NCBI GenBank assembly: GCA_964354795.1
Contig: CAYHBB010000040.1
Location: forward strand, 76,593 to 140,592
Source: an uncultured Planctomycetales bacterium
GTDB lineage: Bacteria > Omnitrophota > Gorgyraeia > Gygaellales > Profunditerraquicolaceae
Direction: 5' to 3'
Length of the DNA stretch: 64,000 bases
The notes beneath the pieces were generated by a model. It was not told the origin of the DNA and did not search any database. It saw only the letters and a list, made by a program, of their open reading frames with translations. Shown here one piece after another: positions 39,001 through 51,000 of the stretch. The position numbers were made by a program, and so were the translations under genes. Positions within the stretch are counted from its first letter, which is position 1, and the number at the start of each line of letters is the position of its first letter.

Positions 39001-42000
39001 TTCCCTGGCGGTAAGAGTAGGCAACACAACTTCCAGCGCGCGCTCCAAAGCAGCTCTTCTTTGGGTGGAGAAATCAGGAATATTCTCCAACACCGCATCA
39101 AAAGAACCCAAAGGCATCATCTCCTGCTGGCTATAAACCTTAATATAAGCGCGGACTTCCGGAGTAAGTATGGATTTATTACGGAAAGATCCTACCTGGG
39201 CCTTGAGAGCCTCAAGTTCTGTAGATTGTCTTTCGTGGATATCGGAGACTTCTTTAATGAAGAAATCTATCACCTCTTTGGGATAACCTTTGTTCTTAAG
39301 GATCCCCCTTACCGTATCTTCCTGGCCTTCGATAAGCCAGCCTAAAACGTTATCAGCTATCTCAAATTCTTCCGGAGGCCCCTGCTCTTTGCCTGAATCC
39401 TCGATATATTGAGTTGCGATATCCAAAGCCATTTGCGAGAGAAGCGTAAACTCGTGGCGATATTGCGGATATAATTTTGCCCCAAAGCCCTGTCCCGCGG
39501 CGGTGATGGGGTGGGAAACGACCTCTTCCAAATGCCCGATACCCATGATCCTATACAGCGCAAATTTCGCCCATACCTGTAACTGCAAGGGTTCCTGCGG
39601 ATCCTTCATGATGTTTTCAAACAGCGTACGCGACCAATGGAGATACTGGCGGGAGCTTTCTTGATGCCACTTCAAAACAATAGATAAACATACGACCGCG
39701 TCTTTTCGCACCAGCGCATCGTTATCTTTATTGATGATGACCTTGAACAAGATATTCGCCAATCTGTCTTTTTCTGCATCTGTAATATAGTAAGACAGGC
39801 GGCCAAGGGCAAAAAGCTGAAAGCGAAGTTCGCAAAGCGTAAAGTTATCCAACCTGCCGTCTTCGCGTACACCCTGCTCGCATCCTACGAGACTCTCCAG
39901 CTTATCGATATATATAGGTATGTCTCTGCGGTGATAAAACAATCCCATAGGAGCCATCTCAATAGCGATCTCATAGAGGGAATGGCGGTAAGGCAGTTTT
40001 CCCTGCGTACGCTCCTGGTCTATCTGGGTAAACTTCATCAGGTATGGGTCTTTTTTGCGGACCAAAGAATCGGCCCTTTCAAAGATAGCGGAAGCGTGTT
40101 TACGTACCAAGTCGATCAGGTCAAAAGAAAAATCAGCCTCTGACTCAAGCCAATCCTCTAAAAGCGCCATTACCCGGTGCAATACCAGAATATCTATTTC
40201 ATCAGTGACATGGATACGGTAGAAATCAGAGTCCCGTAGGATAGCAGCGACACCGTTAGCGTGATTATGGCGGATGTCTTCGCGTGAACAACAGATGCCT
40301 CCGCCGTTAAGCAACTCTCCTGGAAGGTAGATTATCCCGTGTTTCTTTAATTCCGCCTGCAAAGAACGCTTAATGGCGTTATTCGCTCCTTCGGAAATAA
40401 TCAGACACTGCAATTTGGAAATCTGCGCGATATCACAAATAACATTGGCTGCCGCCGCCAGACACAATATAGTCGTCTTCTGGTATATAAGCTCATTTAC
40501 AATCGTGGCGTCCCCGAATACCGCTTTTACTCCACGAGAAACTAACCCCTCTGTCAGCTCTTTGATTTCGGCATCGCTAAAGACGTTTTTGCCCGTTTTG
40601 GGATTAAGGGGATTGGCTATCCAGATTGTCGAGTGCTCCAATCCGTCGAGATTCCGCATCCCCAATAAATTCTTCAGCGTCAGCTTATCCGGGTCAGCTT
40701 CGGCAATGCTGCGCGCCTCAAGGAGAAAATCTCTCGGCAAACCCTCCTCGCGGTAAATAGCAAAGAACTTATTGGAGAAACCGCGTATCTTGAAATTGAA
40801 TATGGAAAAAAGAGTCATAAGAAGCTTGGCCACGCCGCTGCCTACATCGCCAAATCCCTGAATGATCCAGCTGATACAATTAAAATCTATTTTCAGGTTC
40901 CTGATGAATTCAATCACTTCCGCAGGATAATAAGCGCTGGCATCCAAAATATGCTTTAACATCCTTAATGCGGTGACCGTACCCTGCACCACCCCACGGC
41001 TGGTGACCATCCAGGCGGTATGAGAAAATCCGCCTTCTGATTCCGGGTTGCTGGTTGTAGGCTTCAAAACCTCTTTTTCATCGATAGGCTTTATGCCTAA
41101 ACGCTGGGCATTGGCATTGATATCCCGGACGGTTTCTTTTGCAGTCCTGACCATAATACCCATGCGCCTGTCCACATCGCGCATCATATCGGGCCCGTCG
41201 ATAATCGCAAATCCTAAAAGGCGCGCAATAACCATAGCCCTGGTATATTCTTCAAAGACCTTATCTTCTTCAGCAAGGATCCTTGCCTTCTCTTCATCGC
41301 TTTGGCCGGGCTGCGAAGAAACGCTGGGGCCTAAACGCGTGATGCGGTCTCCGCCCTTACCCATCAATAATCCCATATCATAAATATCCTGCGGGCCGTA
41401 AAGCACAGGCATACCTATCCAATTATCCTTATCCTGGATAGCGAAGGTAGTCTTCTTTCCGTGATAAGGGATTTCCCAGATTGCATTCTTATATTCCATG
41501 GAATTGGCCAGCTGGGAGCCTTCATGGGCGAGCCCGAGCTTACTACGCGGATCAAGGATAATATTGACCTCTTTTAAGACTCCGCGGCCGACGAAAACAA
41601 TAAGCAGCGGGTTTTTGTCCAACGGGCAATTCCTGAAGATTTCGCCTTTGAGCGCGATGGCGATAGGTAAGTTTTTTTCTTTCCTGTACGCGTCATCAGT
41701 CGTGTCTACAATGACATTTGCCTCTATCTCTTCCGCGGTCAGGTCTAATTTTTCTCCTAGCTTAAAGATATTAATGATAGACTGGATGAGTTGTTCTCTA
41801 TCAGCCTGCATATTGCAAAAATCAAGAAGCGACAGTTCTTCTTTATTACTTATTCGGGTAAGGTTTGCTTCTATTTCTAGCTTTGCGCCTTCGGAAAACT
41901 TTTTACGCTCAGGCAAAGATTTACCTCTATGCATTACTTTGCGGATTAACTCCTCGATCTCGGTGTTTGTATCGTGCTGGGTCCGCAAGGCCAAAGACGC

Positions 42001-45000
42001 AAACTCATGCGCCAGGCGCGCCTGGAGTTCCAAAGGATCGGCATATTCATCTGCTTTTGTCAATATAATGACCTCTTTTTTATCCGGATGGATTACTGCC
42101 CTGATCTGGGTGCCCAGGTAAAGAGTCTCTGCGTCTACGCTCATCCCCTGCCCGCCACGGACAGAGACCTGATAAATCGCATAACCTTCGATCGCCTTTT
42201 TAACAAAAGCTTCCTCTATATTGATACGCTGTGACTTTAAGGCACTAACCAGGGACGATACTGTCTGGTCTATCAATTCTCTGCCGGTTTCCTCCCTCCG
42301 GTAAACGCCGCAAAGCGTAAACAGCCGCCTTACTTCCTGCGCGCTTAATTCTTTATCCGCGCAGGATAGATCCTTACTATCAACGCTAGCGGAAGACTCC
42401 AGTTTAGATGTTTCCCCCGTATTGCCGTGATCCAGGTTGAACATTTGGGCTACCGCAGGAAGATAATCTTTCTCAAGCGTAGAGCGTATGCGGGCTTCGT
42501 CTTTCTCCAGTATCTTTATATAACGGTAAGCGCTTAAGTCGTCGCTCCTGTTTTTCACATGGTGCATTACGGCTTGCGTATAAGCCTGGATATCAGGCTT
42601 GGCAATATCAATGCCCATATTCATTATTTTATTTCTTGTGGCAAGCGAGACAAGATTAAAATAGGGATCGGATACGATCAATCTCTGAAGAGAAAGCATA
42701 GCCATGGCCCAGGCGACGATCTCTTCCTGTACCCTGCTTTTAAGAAGCGCCTTTTCGTCATGCCTTACGGGATCAGCAGGGTGCATAGCAGCAAAATCCT
42801 GAAAGATAGCGCGCGCCCACATGTGGCCGATGATCTCATGAATGATATCGAATTCCTTTATCTCCTCTTTTATTACCCACCCGGCGTCTCTTTTCTCCAA
42901 AGCGCTCTTATCAATGAAAAGATAGACTTTGCCTTCATCCGAAGTGAATAATTTCGCCTTAAAGCGCGGATATACGCTTCCTAATTGGGCAGAAGTATCC
43001 ACAGCCAGGATTTCCGGCAAAGGAACTTCATCAACAGACTCAGCTAAAACACCCAAACAGCTTCTGACGTAGCCTGTCAGGCTTAATGTATCAACCGGTT
43101 CGCTGAAGAAAGTATTATTCAGCAATTGCCTGTCAAGCCTGGCTCGCTGAAACGGCGATAACGCACAAGCCTTAGCGGCCTTTGCCTCATGGCGCTCGGG
43201 ATGGCTGTTCACCATCTTGATAAAACTAAGGATCCCAAATTTAAGGGTTGTGATCTTTTTCTCATAAACCACGGGATCGTGCTCTATCTTTTCGTGCAAG
43301 GGGCCCTGCAAGTATTCCGATGGCAGAATAATCGAATGAGCATTCTTTCGGGGCGCAGAACAGTGCAGGATACTTTCCGCTGTAATAGAAGTAACAGGGA
43401 TGCCGTAAACACCGTTAGCCAGATGACTGAAACAGGCATCCTGAGCAAGGACTGTAGTGGCTATACCTAAAATATTATGTATGTAAGGCTGGATCCCCTC
43501 TTTTTTGGGCACAAGGATCTGGCTTTGGGCAGCCGTGTTCTTATTACGCATCTCATTCCGGGCTCCCTCTACAACTTTTTGCAAATAATCATTGCAGGCT
43601 TCTGCCTGCCTTCCCCAGCCGCAGGTAAACACAAGATAAGCGCCTTTTATATCGCGCGCAAGCGCGATAATCACACCCATCCATTCTTCGGGTTCTAGTA
43701 AGCTGCGCTTGGATATATCGGCCGCATATAAGTTTATGATGACCACTTTTTTCGTAGGGTCAAAAGCTCCTAATGAGCCACCACTATTGCATTCGTCAAA
43801 TAATCTCTTCATCCAATCCAGGGCGATGATCGACTCTTCGATGCCGTATTGTATTGCGGGCATATTTTCTACGGTTACATCCAGGCCCAGGATACCGTAA
43901 GTCTCAATAGGAAGAAGCCAGATGCCAGTTGGCTTCAGCAGCCATTCAGACGCCACATCATTACTGATCCCGGATTTACTGGCGACTTTCCCGATCAGCT
44001 CTTCCATCCCCGATACATTATAAAGACAGCCTTCGCGGTCTAAAAATGTCGGATGATAATACCCGTAGATAGCGGGGCTCATCAGGCCAGGGTTCAAAGA
44101 CGAAATATTCGACAGCGGAGCGAACAGCCTGACGACATAAGGAGATTTTCTATTGATTGAATTGCCGGATCCCGCAAGCCAATTAAAATTTCCTTCCCCT
44201 CTGCCGATATCTATAATGTCGATCACCATATCGATCTCATGATCAAGTAAGACGGTTTTTAACTCTACGTCAAAAGGCTTATTGTCCTTTTTGCATTGCT
44301 CCCTTATTTCTCGCGACGAAGGTATCAGCTGGATCTTACCGGTAAATTGCCTGGCTATGAAAATATCCGGCAGGTCTGAGGCCAGATATATAGTGGCATC
44401 CGGAAACTTCTTCATCAATCCGGTCACCAGCGGCCAGAGAGTGATAGTCTCCTCTTCGAGATCAGATATGATCAGCGTCTTAAAGTCAGCAAAAACAAGA
44501 ATCTTCTTGATTTCTTCAGAAGGGATCTGCGCAAGCGGCTTGCTGATTGTCTTTTTCTCCCCTTCGTTGCTAGATGCCTGTATCAGAGCGCCCAGCAAAC
44601 CAAAAACAAGCAAAGATGCAGGATGAACCAATCCCGCGATAACCGCCCCTAAAGCAAAAACCGCAAGGATTATCTGCAAGGTGCGGGTCGATGAAGAATC
44701 TTGCGCGCTGCGTGCTTTTTGTTCGGCCGCTGCGGAGGCCTTATTTGAAGCCCCGCTGGAAAGCGACTTTTGCTCCCCACCAGCCACGGAAGGTAGAGCT
44801 AGGTCATTGTTATCCTTTCCAGCGGAGCAAGGCAAATCTATACAATCCCCATCCCTTTGCTCGCTTTCGCTCGCAAGGGACGCCTTCGCCCCTTCCGGGG
44901 CTCGGCAGCCAGCCACGGAAGGTAGAAGATCGCCTTTTTCAATTCTTTGCAACGGGGCATGACAAGTCTTTACGGGCCCCATCCTTTCAGATACATTCAT

Positions 45001-48000
45001 TTCCTTTAATACTTCTTCCGGATCCCGCCCGTTCTGAAACGCCTGAATAATCGCGCGCGCTTTCTTAGAAGGCAGAACTATAGTCCGAGGATAAAAATAG
45101 CGGTAGGCGCAATTGTCGCAAGGCGTGATTCTCTCACCGCGCTCGAGGCGGTAACGATTAAGCTCTACCATAGCTTCAAATGTAGACCAGTATTGTATCT
45201 GGCTACCATGCATGCCAAGAGCCATCTTTTCAAGCAAGCTGAAGTTATAAAGGTGGGATACGCCGAATATCGCTCCGATCTCGTGAGCGACAACCTGCTT
45301 CAAGCGGGCGGGAGTAAGGCAGGGCTTGACTACTATCCAGATACGCCCATATGTATCGACAAAATTAAAGGCGTCTATTGAAATATCAAAGCAGGTCAGG
45401 GATTTGATCAACTTTTCCATCTCCTGAAACAGTTCAGGAGGGCCGCGCACAAAATGCGCGCCCATGCTATATTCCGCCAAAGAACCCAGCCCCTGGGCCC
45501 TTAATATGCCCCTTACTTCATCTATTTCTGTATCGGCCATGGCGCCGCAATTTACGAATAGTTTTTGATTGCGCTCGGAAACAGCGCCCACCGTATCCTG
45601 GACCGTCTTTTCATGGAACTGGATAATACTGCTTGCGTCCCTGCTGCTGCTGAATGCCGCGTTATCGCGCGCGCGCATTTTTCCTGCGACCAGGTCAGCC
45701 CAGACGCAGATCAGGCCCTTGGCCTGATTGCGGATATCTCCCTGAGTAAGGCCCATCTTCAAAGCATTATATGAGAGCTGACCATAATTATCTTTAATGC
45801 GATAAACAGCAACTGCTTCCTCAAGTTTTACCACTAGTGATTCGATATCGGGGATGGTCTCTCCGTGCGAATCGCCGTCAACACAGGAGGTTTTTTCGTA
45901 TTCAACTATGTAACCTGTGCCGCTTAAAACTTTTCCTTGTGCGTCACGCACTACCGGTTTTACCCGCTCAGGAATTACCCCATCCGCAGTGGCAAAAGTA
46001 GGAGCGCCGTTTTGCTGGGCATTGCCGAAGCTAGTCGGGCCAGCCTCTTTATCCTTAAAAGAAAGCATCCCACCAAAATCAACACCCTGCTGGATGATCC
46101 ATGAGGTATGCACGTTGTGGTTGGAAATAAAGATAATATGGTACTTTAGTTCAGGATATTTCTTAAGCAATTCTTCTGTCCTGGCCTTTAAGCAGTCGCC
46201 GAAACCACAGAACCTTCTTCCGCCGATAAGTAGGACAACTCTGGCTTTGATGATTCGTTCTCTAAGATCAGGGTTGCGGCTGAGTTTATCCACAATGATC
46301 CTACTTGACCGCAGATCACTGTAACCGGCAATGATATCTAAGATAAGATCTGCGCATTTATAAGGCACCATCCTGCGCACAAAACTAAAGATTGGCATAT
46401 CCATAAGTTTTTGCTTTGCCGCTTCTGCCTCATCCTTAAGCTGCTGATTGAGCTCTCCAAAGGTCTCCTTAAACAGCTCATCGATCAGATGCCTCTTTTG
46501 GATCTTCTTAGCTTCTTGTAAACCCTTTACGAACATTTTGCGATAATTCTCCATGCTATCAAGAAAAGCGAATAATCCACGGTAAGTACTTATGTCAATA
46601 TCCTGGGTATTCGCGACTCTGCGCGCCAGGTTTTCCATATATCGCCTTAGCATCCATTTTATGGGCTTACCCTGCCAACGCTCAATATCTGAACCTTCGC
46701 TATTCCCAAAAAGCGCATCTTCAACTACCTTATCCGCGACCGCTTCAAATAGAAGCGGATCGGTTTCCAGTATCCGCGTGTGGGCGGTAGAACATCCAGT
46801 GATAATGTCGCTGACCAGCGCCGTGAGCTTAACCAAATCTACTATACCGTCGTGCAGGACTGAACAAAACTTGTCCGCTATCTGCAGGCGGTTAAACATA
46901 TACGCATGGTAAACCGGCAAGCCGGCTGCGACAATCGTATGATTATAATGGTGTACGGGCAAGTCCTTGAAAAGGTGCAGCGCTATTCCCTCATTAGCGC
47001 TCAGTTTATCTTTACGTAAAGCGATGATTTCCGGGTTGTAATCATCTTTGACTGCGGCGGGGATGGCTAATGTGGTATTCACTTCGCTGGTTGAGAAAAG
47101 AAGCTTGTCTTGTATATGGCCTTTCTTATAACTATCGATGATAAACTGCAGGAGTACCTTACGGTAGAGAAGTGTCTGCACAGCGCGCCAATCGTCATCG
47201 CTATCTCCGGGATAGGCCTCATTAAATATCTCGGGGCAATACATCCAGTATTCCCTTAATTCGGATTCCCTCTGGAAACGATTACGGTAAAGCTCTACCT
47301 TTACCGGCCCGATATGGTGGATATGCGTTCCTTCGTGAACATCCACATCCAGATTGATATGGTAAGTCTTCACCGGCTCAAGGCAGTGCTTCAGGATCCC
47401 GATCAGCCCTTCTTCAGGATTGATCTTATATTTTTCATACAGCTGCCTGTGGTAGACTACCGGCCCGCGCGGCATGATCCTGCCGCGGTCCTCAACCTTG
47501 CCTTTAATGGCATTTGCGTAAAGAACACCCATGACATGGATCCTCTTTGAGGCCTCAATCTCACCCCAATATTTACTCAAAACCTGATACCATCCCCTGA
47601 CTAAATCAGGCTTAAAGCTTCCCAGGCCGCCGGCCATGATGATCTTGGCGATTTCTCCGGTGTTGTACGCCGCCTCCTCAGGAGTGCATCCCCAGACGTC
47701 TATAAGGTATTCCTCAAACGCCTTCAGGAATTTCTCAGAAAGCTCATACTCCATTTGGAGCACCCAGATATCCCTGCCCTGAAGATTGTTAACGGCATCG
47801 CAAAGGGCCTGCTCTTTGAAATCTTCTGCCCACTGCCAATCTACGGAAAATCCTGCTGTGTCATCGAGCCTATCTTGACTACGGATCAGTCCGGAGACCA
47901 TATGCCTTAACACCGGATCGATTAATACTGCGCTATTTACTCCTGCGCTGCCGACTGAATTATCCGCCTTATTCAATGAATCCAACATCCGGCCTAACTC

Positions 48001-51000
48001 AGTGTCTTTTGCGTTCTCGGGGATCACAAAAATAGCATCTTTGCCAGATCTACGGTCCCGGATCCCGCCAAAAATCTCGAAATTAAGGACAGCTACAATC
48101 CGGGCGGGTAAATTTAGCGATAATGATCTAAAGACATCCGGGTCGCCTAAACGCAATCTATCTAAGCTTAGGTTCTCTTCATGGGTTATTGGGAATAACA
48201 CTGCCTGGATTTCGTGAGCGATGGTTTGAACTGAGGCATTTACAGGATGAACAATAAGCGGCTTTGTTCCGACAGGGGTATCCAAAAGCACAATGCAGGC
48301 ACCGATATCCCAGCCGTCAGGCGCACGGGCATAATGGATGCCGCGGGCCTGCTCCAGTTCGTCGAATCTGCTACGATTAATGCCAAAACGTTTTGCAAAC
48401 AAATTACGCGCATCCTCAAGAATATCGCTATCTTTGTATATCCCTGCGCGAATAGAATCAATGCCGAATTTATGCGCGTAAGCATCGACGAGCGCGGCAT
48501 CAAGGCCGTTTTCCGAGCGGTCAACAGGCCGCTGATCTATTACGCACTCATCGTTTACCCTTGCTGAGTAACTTTGAGAAAGGATCACACAGAGAGTGTT
48601 TTCGCTCCTATGGATCTTTATCTCGGAAAAGCGGGTTTGAATATCCTCCTGCTCTTCCAGAGGAACGGACAAGCTCCTGCGTATATTTAATATAGTGGTA
48701 TTGTCTTCCGCCCTTTCCCTATCAAGGTCATAAAGGAAATTTATGATATCGATCTTTTCTTTCATATCCGGATCTCGGCTGATATATTTCCACAATCCGT
48801 AAATGAACCTGAGCGCCACAACCATATTCCCGTCTTCGGCGAGCCACCGCAGATCCCATACGCCGCGGCGGATACTCACCCGGCTTAAGAAAGCGATGAA
48901 TTCACCATCGCTGAGGAACTTCACCACATCCTCAGGGAGATTCTTATGCCTGGCGATCTCAGATAAAGAACCCCGCCACTCCTCGCCGTCAAATGTGCCT
49001 AGATCAGCGGCCACCCCGCCTTGTCCTGTAAGCCCGGCAAAAAGCCTTATCTTTGCCCAGTTTTCTTTCATCCTTGAATATGTGGAGAACCGTCCGAGGC
49101 TGGAAAGAAAAACGATGCTGCGTATGTGCCCGGCGCTTACCGTATTTTTCGCCTTTGAGACGACCCATGTGGCGGAAACTATAGATGCCAGCTTTGTGAA
49201 TCTGTACCAGTTGGCAAGATACGCATTATCAAGACTAAGCTCCCATCGCTTCTCAGCTTTATTTTCACTCAGTGAAATATTTAACCCTCGTTCTTTCAGA
49301 TTACGCAGGATCTCTTCGAAGCGCATACGCTCATCTGTGAGCCTGTTTATTTCGTCAAACGATGTATTTCGGAATATTTCAGCTATCGGTTCGGAACTAA
49401 AAGGAGCCAACGCGGAAGGAGCACTAAATCTTATCCACTCGATCTCTCCTTCTTCCTTATTGCCTGCAAGGTGTTCTTCGGCCCTGGCCAAGACGCGGCT
49501 TAAAAGAAATATCATTTTGACCAGCGAATCCGGGTCAAGTGACTGCAAAAAGAATATGCAAGAATCAATCACCCTCACAGGCGTATGCTCGGGATTGTCA
49601 AAATATTTACGTATCAAAGCGAAACTATCCGGCTGCTTCTGTTTTATATCTTCCAGCAGCGCCTTCGCTTTCTCGTACTTAGCCGAAGATGGCGGAAGGC
49701 CTTCTCTTGTGGAAGAGAATATCTTTAACCTGTAATCAAGAAGCTGCCTGCCGAATTCTTCGGACAAATAATCTTTCGCATTTTTAGCGCCCATTAGCCC
49801 GCTAAAAAACTTTGTCTTGTCGCCAGAAAGCCCCATGCCCTTTCCTGAAGCATAGATATCAGCAAGATTAAGAAGAGACAGGACTTTTATTGCCAGGGAG
49901 TCCGGCTCGTAATTAAGGCTGTCCCGGGAAAGCACCCTATACGTCCTTTCGCCGAAATGTATGGTCCCCAGATCAACGTGATGAAATATTGCCCATGCCG
50001 CCAGTTTTATCTGTTCGTCGGAGAACCTATCCTCCTGAGGGAGAAAACCGTTTATCGCATTAATGATCCCCGAGACAATAGGAGCCCCTGCTTCTGCGTG
50101 ATGCGGACTCTTTGAGGGCTCTCCGATATCATGCAACAAAGCGATCAAATATACCAGCCTGCGCATTGTCAACGCATTGCCTGCGGCAAAGATCTCTTTA
50201 AGCGCGTCACGGAACATCCTAAAAGACGATTCGAAAACAAGATCCCCTTCTTTATCTTTGTTGATCGCGGCCAGATCATCATTCTCGCCTTTGTCCAGCG
50301 CGTTAATGAATACGGCCGCGCCTAAAGAATGCTCAAAGATATTCTGCTTAAAACTACCGCTCTGGAATTTTATCCCCTTCTTAAGCTCGATCATCTTCGG
50401 GAACAGTTTTTCTATTACTTCCCGATTTTGCGCAAATGCGACATCGCGGCTATCAAGCACTTGAATGAAAGCTGTCACGTCTTTTTCGTCCCATAAAACG
50501 CAAGCCTGCCCTTCTTTGCCCGGGGCAGGGCCCGGCTTTTGGCCGGCGGCCTTCGGATCTACAGGTTTTACGGCTGGCGCAGTGGGCTTAAGCCTTTTTT
50601 CTAATTCCGCCTTGAGCCTGCTAAAGTGCTGCTCCATATATATAGGAGAGCCTTCGCCAAAGAATAAAGTCCCGAAATCCCTGTGCAATGTAGTCAGGCC
50701 CATGATCGTCTGCATTTCATCTGATTTTATTCCGCGCTCTTTTCCGTAGACATCCGAACTCGATAGGGTTTTAAGAAAATGAGGCAGGAACTCCCAGTTA
50801 TCCAACGATTCATCCCGGTATAAAAGACGGGTGTAGAGAAGAAGTATGACAGAGACCCATAATATCTTCTTCATAGAAGGCTGGGAAATAATAGCCTTGT
50901 ACGTAACGATAAAACTTTCAACATCTTCTGCCAAAGGCGCGAGGCTTTCGGAAAGGCTGTATTTTCTAAGATACGAGGTCAGGTCTTCTATACGCAACGC

